Origin: an uncultured Solobacterium sp.
GTDB lineage: Bacteria; Bacillota_I; Bacilli_A; Erysipelotrichales; Erysipelotrichaceae
Assembly: GCA_963525775.1 (NCBI GenBank)
Contig: CAURLC010000006.1
Span: 4,648-68,647 of the forward strand
DNA: 64,000 nt
Direction of reading: 5' to 3'
Shown: positions 18,678 through 29,165 of the stretch, in pieces
Numbering within the stretch: position 1 is the first letter of the stretch
How the letters are laid out: every line of letters starts with the position of its first letter
Notes under the pieces: generated by a model
Seen by the model: the letters and a program-made list of their open reading frames with translations, nothing else
What the model was told of the DNA's origin: nothing
Database searches by the model: none
Program-made: the position numbers and the translations under genes

Positions 18678-19031
18678 ATGAAGTTGAATTTAGTAGAAAA
18701 GATTACAAAGAGTCAGCTACGTACAGATGTTCCTGATTTCAAGTCAGGTGACACAGTTAAGGTTAACGTACGTATCAAGGAAGGTCAGAAGACACGTATT
18801 CAGGCTTATGAAGGTGTTGTAGTTGATCGTTCTAACGGTGGTATCGGCGCAACATTCACAGTTCGTAAGATTTCCAACGGTGTAGGTGTACAGAGAACAT
18901 TCCCAGTTCATTCACCAATCATCGAAAAGATTGAAGTAGTTCGTTATGGTAAGGTTCGTAGAGCTAAGCTCGGCTACCTCAAGGGATTATCTGCTAAGAA
19001 CGCTCGTATCAAGGAAGATCGTCGTAAGTAG
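18678..19031 (+). CDS. rplS: 50S ribosomal protein L19
   Basis: Canonical L19 sequence. Confidence 0.97.
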   Translation: MKLNLVEKITKSQLRTDVPDFKSGDTVKVNVRIKEGQKTRIQAYEGVVVDRSNGGIGATFTVRKISNGVGVQRTFPVHSPIIEKIEVVRYGKVRRAKLGYLKGLSAKNARIKEDRRK

Positions 19032-19037
19032 TCTACA

Positions 19038-19064
19038 AAGAGAGAAATTATTCTCTCTTTTTTT
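19038..19064 (+). terminator. Rho-independent terminator after rplS
   Basis: AAGAGAGAA-atta-TTCTCTCTT followed by TTTTT. Confidence 0.85.
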
Positions 19065-19093
19065 GATATAATACTCAATAGTAGGTACATGAT

Positions 19094-19762
19094 ATGAATA
19101 CGAATATGAATAAAGAGCAAGAAATGCTTGATGAAACAAGAGTTATGGAACGATTGACAGATGAGACAACTGTTATCGATATGGAAAAAATTAGAAATGA
19201 ACAAAACCAACCAAAGAAGAAAGATGATAAGGAAGAAAGCACACTTTTTTCTTTCTTGAAAGAAGTATTTATTTCTTTTGCGGTGGTATTGATTGTTGTC
19301 AACTTTATTGTAAGACCAATACAGGTAAAGGGAAGTTCCATGTATAACACACTAGAAGATGGTTATTTTGGCTTCTCAGATTTAATTGGTTATCGCTTAA
19401 CAGGGTTAAAACGTTTTGATATTGTCATTGTTTATTTAGCAGAAAAGAAAGAATATCTCATCAAGCGTGTCATTGGCTTACCTGGTGAGACAGTCGAATA
19501 TCGTAATAACCAACTATATATAAATGGAGAACCGGTAGAAGAACCGTTCTTAGATAAGTCTTATACAAGTACTTATCCTGGTACATTCACTAGTGATTTT
19601 AAGACAGAGAAACTTGGAGAGGATGAATATTTCTGCATGGGAGATAATCGTCCACATTCTTCTGACTCACGCTACTATGGTGCATTCCACAAGTCTGACA
19701 TTGTATCTAAGGGTGTGTTTGTAATCTATCCATTTAAGGCATTTGGAGTATACACATGGTAA
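19094..19762 (+). CDS. lepB: Signal peptidase I
   Basis: GSSM, KRVIGLPGE and GDNRPHSSDSR. Confidence 0.93.
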   Translation: MNTNMNKEQEMLDETRVMERLTDETTVIDMEKIRNEQNQPKKKDDKEESTLFSFLKEVFISFAVVLIVVNFIVRPIQVKGSSMYNTLEDGYFGFSDLIGYRLTGLKRFDIVIVYLAEKKEYLIKRVIGLPGETVEYRNNQLYINGEPVEEPFLDKSYTSTYPGTFTSDFKTEKLGEDEYFCMGDNRPHSSDSRYYGAFHKSDIVSKGVFVIYPFKAFGVYTW

Positions 19763-20625
19763 AGATTCAGTGGTATCCAGGACATATGGAAAAAGCCCGT
19801 CGTGAGATGACGGAACGTTTGAAGTCTGTTGATATGTTGATAGAGTTACGTGATGCTAGAATTCCTGAGGCATCTGTCAATCCAATGTTAAAGCAGATGG
19901 CACAGGGAAAGCCTCGTTTAATCGTTTTATCAAAGATTGATATGGCAGATCCAGTTCAGACAAAAAAATGGGTAGAATATCTAAACCAAGGCGAAAATGC
20001 ATGTCTAGCATTGGATTTAATGAAAGATTCACAGTGTGGAAAAAAGATTATCCGTGAAGCGATTAAATTAATGGAAGAAAAGCGACAGAAACAGATTGCG
20101 AGAGGAATACGTCCACGTGCAGTTCGCGCGATGGCTTGTGGTATCCCTAACGTAGGAAAGTCGACAATGATTAATCGTATCAATGGGAAGAACTCATTAA
20201 AGGCAGCAGATAAACCAGGTGTCACACGCTCTTTAACGTGGTTACACGCTGATCCAAACTTAGATTTATTAGATACACCAGGTGTACTGTGGCCTAAGTT
20301 TGATGATGAAAAGACAGGTTCCTTGCTTGCGGCACTTGGTTCTATCAATGATGATATTTTAGACCGCAAGATGGTAGCCATGGATGCCATTCACTATATT
20401 CAAGAACTCTATCCAAATCTATTGGAAGATATTTATGAAAGTGGTGAAGTGAATCCAAATGGTATGTTAAAAGCGATTGCAAAAAAGAGAAACTTACGCA
20501 AAGCAGATAATGAATTGGATGTAAAGCGTGCTGCGGAGTTATTCTTAACAGAACTACGCCATGGAAAATTGGGTAGATTAACATTGGAGAGAGTAAATGA
20601 AGAGTCAGAAAGTCTGTCCGAATGA
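19756..20625 (+). CDS. rbgA: Ribosome biogenesis GTPase A (YlqF)
   Basis: IQWYPGHMEKA and circularly permuted GTPase motifs. Confidence 0.94.
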   Translation: MVKIQWYPGHMEKARREMTERLKSVDMLIELRDARIPEASVNPMLKQMAQGKPRLIVLSKIDMADPVQTKKWVEYLNQGENACLALDLMKDSQCGKKIIREAIKLMEEKRQKQIARGIRPRAVRAMACGIPNVGKSTMINRINGKNSLKAADKPGVTRSLTWLHADPNLDLLDTPGVLWPKFDDEKTGSLLAALGSINDDILDRKMVAMDAIHYIQELYPNLLEDIYESGEVNPNGMLKAIAKKRNLRKADNELDVKRAAELFLTELRHGKLGRLTLERVNEESESLSE

Positions 20626-21223
20626 ATATGAACATCAATATTGGCCGTTAGAAAAATTGATAGTTGGGATTGATGAAGCGGGAAGAGGCCCGCTTGCTGG
20701 ACCTTTAACAGTTGCAGGTGTTGTCTTTCCCATAGGATATGAAAATCCAGATATCTATGATTCCAAATCTATCAGTGAAAAAAAGCGTACTGCACTATTT
20801 GAGCAAATACAAGAGGATGCACTCTGGTTTGAAATCGTTCAGGTATCACCAGAAGATATTGATAAGTACAATATCTATCGTGCAGACCAGCTCGCAATGG
20901 AACAAATCGCTATTCATTCTAACGCAGAGGTTGTTTTAACAGATGCGATGCCATTGCTGATTGAAGGAAAAGAAATCATTCCACTGGTAAAGGGTGATCA
21001 AAAATCTATCTCTATCGCAGCCGCAAGTATCCTTGCGAAAGTCACAAGAGATTGTGTGATGTTGGAATACGATAAAGAATATCCGGAGTATGGCTTTGCC
21101 AAGCACAAAGGCTATCCAACCAAGCAACATATGGAAGCCTTACATACTTATGGAGTAACCAAAATTCATCGCAAGAGTTTTGGCCCTGTTAGGGAAGAAT
21201 ACATGAAGATAAAATTGTTCTAG
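20597..21223 (+). CDS. rnhB: Ribonuclease HII
   Basis: GIDEAGRGPLAGP. Confidence 0.94.
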   Translation: MKSQKVCPNEYEHQYWPLEKLIVGIDEAGRGPLAGPLTVAGVVFPIGYENPDIYDSKSISEKKRTALFEQIQEDALWFEIVQVSPEDIDKYNIYRADQLAMEQIAIHSNAEVVLTDAMPLLIEGKEIIPLVKGDQKSISIAAASILAKVTRDCVMLEYDKEYPEYGFAKHKGYPTKQHMEALHTYGVTKIHRKSFGPVREEYMKIKLF

Positions 21224-21269
21224 GGAACAATCAAGAAACTCTTCTATAAATAGGTAGGAGAGTTTTTAT

Positions 21270-22025
21270 ATGGACAAAAGAAAAAAATTAGCTACACTAT
21301 CAATAATGTATCAAGGGGATTGGGATAAGATTGCAAAAGCTTTACAAGATGATGTACAAGCAATTGACATTCCAATCAAAGACTCGTATATTACAATTTA
21401 CGACAGTGAGTATCCCGATAGTTTACGAAAATTACGCTTTCCTCCATGGGTTTTATTTTATTGTGGAGATATTTCGTTATTGCGTAAACCTATGTTAACA
21501 ATAATCGGTAGTCGTGAAATGAATAGTTACGCAAAGTGGTTAGTTGAAGAAAGTGTAACGCACTTAAAAGATCGCTTTGTGTTAGTTTCTGGACTTGCCA
21601 AAGGTGTTGATGGCTATGTACATACCATGGCAATACAAGGTGGTCATACAATAGCAGTTATCGGTAGTGGCTTAGATATTCACTATCCATATGAAAATGA
21701 ACATCTCTATCAGCAGTTACAGAAAACAGATTTAATATTGAGTGAATATCCATCTGGTACCGGTGTACGTAAACATCACTTCCCATGGCGTAATCGCATT
21801 TTAGCGGCACTCGGAGAAAGTGTGATTGTGATTGCGGCAAAGATACGTTCTGGTACGATGTGCACTGTAAATGAAGCTATCTCATTAGATAAGGATATCT
21901 ATGTATTTCCTCATCTATATCGCAGTGAACAAGGGATGGGTTGCAACAAATTAATTGCGGATGGAGCACAAATTTTATACGATACGATACAGATAAAAGA
22001 GATGATTCCGAAAAAAGATGATTGA
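21270..22025 (+). CDS. dprA: DNA-processing protein DprA (short, 251 aa)
   Basis: Rossmann core with GLAKGVDG; position upstream of topA. Confidence 0.85.
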   Translation: MDKRKKLATLSIMYQGDWDKIAKALQDDVQAIDIPIKDSYITIYDSEYPDSLRKLRFPPWVLFYCGDISLLRKPMLTIIGSREMNSYAKWLVEESVTHLKDRFVLVSGLAKGVDGYVHTMAIQGGHTIAVIGSGLDIHYPYENEHLYQQLQKTDLILSEYPSGTGVRKHHFPWRNRILAALGESVIVIAAKIRSGTMCTVNEAISLDKDIYVFPHLYRSEQGMGCNKLIADGAQILYDTIQIKEMIPKKDD

Positions 22026-22082
22026 AAAATAAGAATTTTTCGGCTATTCTTGGAAAAGAATTTTGCACGAGGAGGAACGAAC

Positions 22083-24221
22083 ATGAAAAACTTAGTGATT
22101 GTGGAGTCACCATCAAAGTCAAAGACAATAGGAAAATACTTAGGGAAAGACTATACCGTTATTTCTAGTAAAGGTCATATTCGAGATCTTGCAACAAGAG
22201 GAAAAGAAGGCCTTGGTGTAGATGTTGAAAATAATTTTGCGCCAACCTATGAAATATCAAAGGATAAAAAAGAAACAGTAAAAGAACTGCGCGCAGAAGC
22301 TGCCAAAGCAAAGCGTGTATACCTAGCAACCGACCCGGACCGTGAAGGGGAGGCTATCAGTTGGCATTTAGCTCAAGAACTAGGACTGGCTGAGGATGCA
22401 ATCGACCGTGTTACATTCCATGAAATCACAAAAAATGCAGTACAAGAAGCGTTCCAATCTCCACGTGCAATCGATATGGATCTTGTACACTCCCAAGAAA
22501 CAAGACGTATTTTAGACCGTATTATCGGTTTTAAGTTATCGAAACTATTACATAATAAGATTCGCTCCAAGTCTGCTGGTCGCGTACAATCAGTAGCGTT
22601 AAAGTTAGTTGTTGAACGCGAAAAAGAAATCCAAGCATTTATCCCAGAAGAATACTGGACATTGGATGCGAAGTTCAATAAGGATAAGATTGATTTTTCC
22701 GCAAGCCTTACGAAGATCAATGGTAAAAAAGCAGAATTAAAGACACAAGAAGAAGCCCAGAAAGCATATGATGCATGTCAGGGTAATTTCGTTGTGTCTA
22801 ATATTAAGTCTACAACACGTAAGCGTGAAGCACGTCCACCATTTATTACAAGTACACTTCAGCAAGAAGCTTCCACAAAACTTTCCTTCTCCGCAAAGCG
22901 TACAATGTCAATTGCGCAAAGATTATATGAAGGTGTGGACGTAGGAAATGGTCAAGAAGGTTTAATTACTTACATGCGTACTGATAGTACACGTCTATCA
23001 GATGTATATGTAAATGGTGCAAGAGAATTGATTCAAAATGAATATGGGAAACAGTATCTAGGTACCTACCATGTAAGTAATGATGCAAATTCTCAAGACG
23101 CTCACGAAGCAATTCGTCCAACAAACCTTGCCAATACCCCAGAAAAGTTAAAGGCATACTTAACAAGTGAACAATATAAGTTATATGCATTAATTTATGC
23201 GCGTGCTTTATCATCCTTAATGTCTGCAGCGAAGTATGACTCACTTACATTAACACTGAGTCAGAATGGTTATGACTTTACTGCGTCTGGAAGTACGATG
23301 AAGTTTGATGGTTATTTAAAGGTATATGGTGAATATGAATCTGGTAAGGATGTCATATTACCATCTTTTGAAGAACAAGAACAAATCGCTGCGAAGGAAC
23401 TCAAAGCAAACCAACACTTCACAGAACCACCAGCAAGATATACAGAAGCTAAGTTAATCAAGGCACTGGAAGAAGATGGAATCGGTAGACCTTCTACATA
23501 TGCGATGATCATCGATACAATTCAAGCAAGAGGCTACGTTACATTAGAAAAGACCTCTGAAAGCAGTCGTACAAAAGTATTTAAACCGACGGAACAGGGT
23601 ATCTTAACAACAGAGAAACTGGATGAATTCTTCCAAGATATTATCAATGTTCGCTATACCGCAAAGATGGAATCTACACTAGATGAAATTGCGGATGGTA
23701 CAGCAGAAGAGGTCGCAACATTAAAAGAATTCTATAATCGTTTCCAACCATTACTAGAACATGCATACGAAAACATGGAAAAGAAAGAATTGGAAAAGGT
23801 TGGTGAAGTTTGTCCAGATTGTGGAGGAGAACTTGTCTATCGTACAGGTAGATTTGGTAAGTTTATCTCTTGTTCAAACTTCCCTAAGTGTCGATATACA
23901 AGACAAATTGATAAACCAGAAAAAGAAAAGCCAGAACCAACAGGCAAAATGTGTCCAGATTGTGGCAGTGAACTATTGAAGCGTAAGAGTCGTTATGGAA
24001 CATATTTCTTAGGTTGTTCCAACTTCCCTAAGTGTCATTACATGGAAAATCTAGAAGGGGAACGTATCGTTTCCAAGAAAGATAAAGCAAAGGCAGAGAA
24101 GGAAACAAAGAAGGTTTCTGCTAAGAAGACAACAAAGAAAACAACTACTAAGAAAACAAGTGCAAAGAAATCAACAACCAAAAAGACAACAACAAAACGT
24201 ACAAAGAAAAACGAGGAATAA
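22083..24221 (+). CDS. topA: DNA topoisomerase I with two C-terminal zinc ribbons and a Lys/Thr-rich tail
   Basis: LVIVESPSKSKTIGKYLG, two copies of CPDCG, SD GGAGGAA before ATG 22083. Confidence 0.96.
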   Translation: MKNLVIVESPSKSKTIGKYLGKDYTVISSKGHIRDLATRGKEGLGVDVENNFAPTYEISKDKKETVKELRAEAAKAKRVYLATDPDREGEAISWHLAQELGLAEDAIDRVTFHEITKNAVQEAFQSPRAIDMDLVHSQETRRILDRIIGFKLSKLLHNKIRSKSAGRVQSVALKLVVEREKEIQAFIPEEYWTLDAKFNKDKIDFSASLTKINGKKAELKTQEEAQKAYDACQGNFVVSNIKSTTRKREARPPFITSTLQQEASTKLSFSAKRTMSIAQRLYEGVDVGNGQEGLITYMRTDSTRLSDVYVNGARELIQNEYGKQYLGTYHVSNDANSQDAHEAIRPTNLANTPEKLKAYLTSEQYKLYALIYARALSSLMSAAKYDSLTLTLSQNGYDFTASGSTMKFDGYLKVYGEYESGKDVILPSFEEQEQIAAKELKANQHFTEPPARYTEAKLIKALEEDGIGRPSTYAMIIDTIQARGYVTLEKTSESSRTKVFKPTEQGILTTEKLDEFFQDIINVRYTAKMESTLDEIADGTAEEVATLKEFYNRFQPLLEHAYENMEKKELEKVGEVCPDCGGELVYRTGRFGKFISCSNFPKCRYTRQIDKPEKEKPEPTGKMCPDCGSELLKRKSRYGTYFLGCSNFPKCHYMENLEGERIVSKKDKAKAEKETKKVSAKKTTKKTTTKKTSAKKSTTKKTTTKRTKKNEE

Positions 24222-24224
24222 CCA

Positions 24225-25520
24225 ATGGATGTATCAGTAATCGGTGCAGGCCTAGCAGGATGTGAAGCCGCATATCAATTAGCCAAAAAAGGATTTCAGG
24301 TCCGTCTCTATGAGATGAAACCAGTAAAACATTCACCAGCGCATCACAGTGACGATTTTGCGGAATTAGTTTGTTCCAATTCATTACGCTCTGACGCACT
24401 TACAAATGCGGTCGGTGTTTTAAAAGAAGAAATGCGTCAGATTGACTCTTTGATTATGCAAGTCGCTGATAACAACAAGGTGCCAGCAGGTAGTGCTCTA
24501 GCAGTAGACCGTGAAAAGTTTGCTAGAGAAGTTACAGAGATGGTACGCAATCATCCGAATATCGAAGTGATTGCGGAAGAAGTAACGAAGATTCCTGATG
24601 GACCAACTATTATCGCAACAGGTCCATTAAGTTCTGAAGGAATGATGAAAGCCATCGGTACTTTAATTGATGATCGTTATTGTTATTTCTATGATGCAGC
24701 AGCCCCAATCGTAACGGCAGAATCTATTGATTTTAATAAAGCCTATAAGAAGTCACGTTACGATAAGGGTGAAGCAGATTATATTAACTGTCCTATGACA
24801 CGTGAAGAGTTTGATGCTTTCTATATGGAATTAATCCAAGCAGAAACAGCGGAAGTACATGCCTTTGAAAAGGAAGTATTCTTTGAAGGTTGTATGCCAT
24901 TTGAAGTTATGGCAAAACGTGGAAGAGATACCTTACTCTTTGGTCCGATGAAACCAGTAGGACTTGAACAAGAAGGTAAGAAGCGTCCTTACGCAGTGGT
25001 ACAGTTACGTCAAGATAATGCACAAGCATCCTTGTACAATATCGTTGGTTTCCAAACACACCTGAAGTGGGGAGAACAGAAACGTATTATTCAGATGATA
25101 CCAGGGCTTGAGAATGCAGAAATTGTACGCTATGGCGTCATGCATCGAAATACGTATATTTGCTCACCAATCTATCTACGTGAAACGTATCAGTTTAAAG
25201 ATAGAGATGACTTGTTCTTTGCAGGTCAAATGACAGGTGTCGAAGGATATGTAGAATCCGCCGCATCAGGAATGCTAGCAGGTATTAATATGGCCCATGT
25301 ACTAAATGGTGAAGAACCAGTTGTACTTGGTGTAAATACAATGATGGGCGCAATGGCACATTATATTACGCATGCAGATCCAAATCACTTCCAACCAATG
25401 AATGCAAACTTTGGTATTATGCATCTAGAAGGTGAAGTGAAAAAGAAAGATCGTAAAGCTGCCTACGCTCCACAAGCATTAAAAATCATTCAGGAGTTAA
25501 AAGAGAAAAATGGACTTTGA
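24225..25520 (+). CDS. trmFO: Methylenetetrahydrofolate-tRNA-(uracil54-C5)-methyltransferase
   Basis: [16 protein letters not shown]; full-length Gid/TrmFO sequence. Confidence 0.95.
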   Translation: MDVSVIGAGLAGCEAAYQLAKKGFQVRLYEMKPVKHSPAHHSDDFAELVCSNSLRSDALTNAVGVLKEEMRQIDSLIMQVADNNKVPAGSALAVDREKFAREVTEMVRNHPNIEVIAEEVTKIPDGPTIIATGPLSSEGMMKAIGTLIDDRYCYFYDAAAPIVTAESIDFNKAYKKSRYDKGEADYINCPMTREEFDAFYMELIQAETAEVHAFEKEVFFEGCMPFEVMAKRGRDTLLFGPMKPVGLEQEGKKRPYAVVQLRQDNAQASLYNIVGFQTHLKWGEQKRIIQMIPGLENAEIVRYGVMHRNTYICSPIYLRETYQFKDRDDLFFAGQMTGVEGYVESAASGMLAGINMAHVLNGEEPVVLGVNTMMGAMAHYITHADPNHFQPMNANFGIMHLEGEVKKKDRKAAYAPQALKIIQELKEKNGL

Positions 25521-26433
25521 GAAATCATTGGATCGTTTCTTGCGACAGATTGCCCGTGTTCGCACGGGATCAAAAGATACAGAAAACGCATATCGTCGTG
25601 ATGTAGAGAGGTTTTTAGAATATCTACGCGAACATCACATCGATTCTTTTGAACATGTCACAAAAACAGATGTCAGTGATTACTTTACGCAATTGCGCGA
25701 TGGTGAGATTGGTGGTAAGCCACTTTCCAACAGTAGCTATGCCCGTAATCTCTCTTCTCTAAAATCCTTTTATCGTTACTTAAATCGCTTTGAAGGAATC
25801 AAAGCAAATCCTGTACGTATCTTTAAGGGAGGTTCTATCCGTCGAAAACTACCTGAGTTTTTAACATTTGACCAAATGGAAACAATGTTAAATCAATTTG
25901 ATTTACAAGATCCTGTACAGATACGTAATCGCTGTATCATTGAAGTCATGTATGCATGTGGTTTACGTGTTAGTGAATGCGCAGGTTTAAAAATATCATC
26001 CATCAATTTAACAGAAGGTTTCTTAACGGTACTTGGTAAAGAGAGTAAAGAAAGAATGGTTCCATTCTATCCAAGATGCAAACAGCTAATCCAATACTAT
26101 TTGAATACTGCAAGAGGGACATTCATGGAGAAGACTGAGGAGCACGACATTCTCTTTGTGAATCAAAATGGTAGACCAATCTCTGCTAGAAGTATTCAAC
26201 TCATTTGTGAAAAAGCAGGGGAAGACGCAAACCTTCCGATTCATATCCATCCCCATATGATACGTCATAGTTTTGCGACACATATGTTGGATAATGGTGC
26301 AGATTTACGTATCGTACAAGAATTACTGGGACATGAAAATCTTGGCACAACACAAATCTATACCCACGTAACACAAGATCGACTCCGCAAAGTTGTGGAT
26401 GAAGCACATCCACACTCCAAGAGTGCAAAATAA
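25510..26433 (+). CDS. xerC: Tyrosine recombinase XerC (CodV-type)
   Basis: [12 protein letters not shown]...[16 protein letters not shown]; position after trmFO. Confidence 0.9.
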   Translation: MDFEKSLDRFLRQIARVRTGSKDTENAYRRDVERFLEYLREHHIDSFEHVTKTDVSDYFTQLRDGEIGGKPLSNSSYARNLSSLKSFYRYLNRFEGIKANPVRIFKGGSIRRKLPEFLTFDQMETMLNQFDLQDPVQIRNRCIIEVMYACGLRVSECAGLKISSINLTEGFLTVLGKESKERMVPFYPRCKQLIQYYLNTARGTFMEKTEEHDILFVNQNGRPISARSIQLICEKAGEDANLPIHIHPHMIRHSFATHMLDNGADLRIVQELLGHENLGTTQIYTHVTQDRLRKVVDEAHPHSKSAK

Positions 26434-26446
26434 GAAAGAGGTAAAT

Positions 26447-27202
26447 ATGATTACAGATTCATTTGATACTAGCGATGTATTTATTTCGCCAGAAAAATTG
26501 TTGCCAAGAAGTTCGGTAACGTTAGATGTTTGTATTGGTATCTTTTCGCACAAGGTGATGAATGAATTAATCTCTTCTGGAGATTTAACTAAACTGCCTA
26601 TGGAAAAGATGCCAGGATCTGCCAGTGGAAAAAATGATGTATACCGTTATAAAGATACAACTGTCGGTATCTATCAAAATGAAGTAGGTGCAGTCGGTGC
26701 CAGTGGACTTATTGAAGAAATTTCAGTTATCTTTGGTGTAAAGAAGTTTATTATCTTTGGCTCATGTGGTGCACTAGTACAAATCCCAGAGGGAGATTGT
26801 ATTATTCCTACGCATGCATATCGTGATGAAGGTGTCAGTTATCACTACGCTCCAGCAAGCGATTATATTCGTGTGAAGAATGCGAATGTAATTGCCAAAC
26901 TATTCGATGGACTAGGTGTTGAGTATGTCTTCGGCAAAACATGGACAACAGATTGTTTCTATCGTGAGACAGTGAATCAGAAAAACAAGCGTGTTGAAGA
27001 GGGGTGCATCTGTGTGGAAATGGAATGTGCAGCGTTACAGGCAGTAACAGATTTTAGAGGATATGAGTTATACCAATTTCTCTACACTGCAGATGATCTA
27101 AGTAAGTTAGAGTGGGCACCACGTATCCTTGGGGATAATGAAAGAGATACAAGATTCCTATATTTCGATATCGCAGTAAAACTAGCAAAGAGTTTGTTGT
27201 AA
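26447..27202 (+). CDS. PNP/UDP-1-family nucleoside phosphorylase-like protein
   Basis: FGSCGAL and VEMECAAL motifs; SD AGAGGT before ATG 26447. Confidence 0.7.
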   Translation: MITDSFDTSDVFISPEKLLPRSSVTLDVCIGIFSHKVMNELISSGDLTKLPMEKMPGSASGKNDVYRYKDTTVGIYQNEVGAVGASGLIEEISVIFGVKKFIIFGSCGALVQIPEGDCIIPTHAYRDEGVSYHYAPASDYIRVKNANVIAKLFDGLGVEYVFGKTWTTDCFYRETVNQKNKRVEEGCICVEMECAALQAVTDFRGYELYQFLYTADDLSKLEWAPRILGDNERDTRFLYFDIAVKLAKSLL

Positions 27203-27223
27203 GAATAAATTGTGATTTTATAG

Positions 27224-27274
27224 AGATGACTATAGAATACTGGTACTAGTATTTAGGTATAGTCATCTTTTTTT
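27224..27274 (+). terminator. Long hairpin terminator
   Basis: AGATGACTATA (27224-27234) pairs with TATAGTCATCT (27258-27268), with an inner AATACT/AGTATT stem and TTTTTT. Confidence 0.8.
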
Positions 27275-27393
27275 GTAATAAATTATATAGTCGCACTATT
27301 CTTAAGAATTTCAAATATCCCTCAAAACATATCGACAAAAATGAAAATATTTTCAAATATCAAGTAAATAATTTAATATTTTCAAAAATAATA

Positions 27394-27423
27394 TTGGAAA
27401 ATATATATATATATATATATAAG
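27394..27423 (+). promoter_or_regulatory. Candidate promoter whose spacer is the AT microsatellite
   Basis: TTGGAA (27394-27399), then an 18-nt spacer, then TATAAG (27418-27423). Alternative TATATA hexamers occur in 2-nt registers. Confidence 0.35.
27401..27420. repeat. (AT)10 dinucleotide microsatellite
   Basis: Twenty consecutive alternating A/T bases read directly from the sequence. Confidence 0.98.
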
Positions 27424-27501
27424 ATTTGGTACTAAAATCATTTATAAAGAAGAGTTGATTGATATAACCAATTTTGAATAGCGTTTAGGGGGGACATTTT
27501 T

Positions 27502-29094
27502 ATGAAATTGAAAAATGTATTTCGGCTAATTAAGGATAATGGTAGATATGTTGGTGTAATTACAATTCTTGTTATTATTCAAGCTTTATTAGCATTCGTA
27601 TTACCAATTACAGTCTCGAAGGCTATTGATGGCGATTTAGAAATCAAAAAATACCTGATCATTTTTATGATCATCGCTGTTACACTGCTAATTAATCTAC
27701 TAATCATTCAAATTACGAAAAGTGCGATTATAAAATATAAGCAGAATATCAACATGGAAATTTTCAATGAATTATCAATGGTAGTATGCCAAAAATACAA
27801 TGAAAAGGGTGCCGCATACTATATTGAGAGAATAGGTACAGCAGTATATCAATTTGCGGATTTTATCCTTACGACAATTCCAAGTTATATTAAAACGATT
27901 TTAACGATTATTCTGTGTTTGGTGCTGATTGGCAAAGATAGTTTGCTATTAATTGGAATACTGGGATTGTTGCTAGTAATTCAGTATTACGGCTATAAGG
28001 TTTTAAATATTCAGCTTTCTAAGAAAAGTAAGAGACTTCAAGATGTGTGTGCTTCACGCTTTGCGGATAATATTTCTATTTTTAATAATGTTGAATTTAT
28101 TAAACAATTTGGTGGTTCGAGCAAAATACAAAGTATTCTAAATCAAAATGTACATGATATTCATCGTGAAACAACAGATATCAATACATATGCAGGAAAT
28201 TTCTGTTATGTTTTAAATAGTATCATCGCAAATCTTCAGTATGTCATGTACTTGGTATTAGCAATCTTACTTGCAAATAATAGTATAGATATGTCAATGT
28301 TCCTGTTTGATATTATGATTATTGTTATCTGTTTTGAGGCATTTAATGATTTGGTGTCATTAAATGTAAATATGAAAGATGTGAATGCTTCTTTTGAATT
28401 CTTGACAAATGATATTGAAAATAATTTAGAGAGAATGGACGGAGATGAAATTGATCATATTAGAAACATTGAATTTAAAGGAACGACAATTCAATACAAA
28501 AAGAATATCTTAATCCAAAAAATAAACATGACATTTAACCAAGGAGATATTGTATTTATTTCTGGAGAAACTGGAACTGGAAAATCTAGCTTTGTAAAAT
28601 CATTAATGGGTTTTGTGGATGCGGATAATATTTTCTTCAATGGAATTCAGCAAAAGAAAATTCTCTTATCTTCACTGCGAAAGAGAGTGGCATATGTATC
28701 GCAAATGAATTCAATATTTAATGGGACAGTAAAAGATAATATTGAATTAAATGTTGATGCAAATCAAGAATATGAAAAAATGTCATTTTTTGATAAATTT
28801 GTTGGAAAAGAAAATCTAAAGCTCACGTCTGATGGAACAAATCTATCTGGTGGTGACAAGCAGAAAATTGTATTAGGAAGATTAATTGCTAATTGCAAAG
28901 ATGTGGATGTTATTATCTTAGATGAAGTAACAAGCTCTATGGACACTGATACAGAGACAAAGGCTTTTGATGAAATTTTACCATTACTCAAAAATAAAAT
29001 AGTATTAATTATTTCACACAATATAAATCTTCAACGCTATGCAAATAGAATTGTAAACTTGAAAGATAAGACTATTATGTTAGAAAATAATTGA
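27502..29094 (+). CDS. Fused TMD-NBD ABC exporter (type I exporter half-transporter); substrate unknown
   Basis: Walker A GETGTGKSS, Q-loop VSQ, signature LSGGDKQK, Walker B VIILDEVTSSMD, H-loop ISHN. N-terminal half is hydrophobic and multi-helix. Confidence 0.85.
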   Translation: MKLKNVFRLIKDNGRYVGVITILVIIQALLAFVLPITVSKAIDGDLEIKKYLIIFMIIAVTLLINLLIIQITKSAIIKYKQNINMEIFNELSMVVCQKYNEKGAAYYIERIGTAVYQFADFILTTIPSYIKTILTIILCLVLIGKDSLLLIGILGLLLVIQYYGYKVLNIQLSKKSKRLQDVCASRFADNISIFNNVEFIKQFGGSSKIQSILNQNVHDIHRETTDINTYAGNFCYVLNSIIANLQYVMYLVLAILLANNSIDMSMFLFDIMIIVICFEAFNDLVSLNVNMKDVNASFEFLTNDIENNLERMDGDEIDHIRNIEFKGTTIQYKKNILIQKINMTFNQGDIVFISGETGTGKSSFVKSLMGFVDADNIFFNGIQQKKILLSSLRKRVAYVSQMNSIFNGTVKDNIELNVDANQEYEKMSFFDKFVGKENLKLTSDGTNLSGGDKQKIVLGRLIANCKDVDVIILDEVTSSMDTDTETKAFDEILPLLKNKIVLIISHNINLQRYANRIVNLKDKTIMLENN

Positions 29095-29131
29095 TCGATA
29101 AGCAGGGGATGCTGTTTATGATAGAAAAATT

Positions 29132-29165
29132 GCATAAAACCCTATACTTCTATAGGGTTTTATGC
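29132..29165 (+). terminator. Perfect 15-bp hairpin after the ABC gene, with no clear U-tract
   Basis: GCATAAAACCCTATA-cttc-TATAGGGTTTTATGC. Confidence 0.5.

Noticed and set aside
27401-27420. The (AT)10 repeat, and the (PT)n repeat at 33291-33341, as possible CRISPR or other arrays.
   Set aside because: These are a simple dinucleotide repeat and a codon-level repeat. There is no repeat-spacer architecture and no cas genes.
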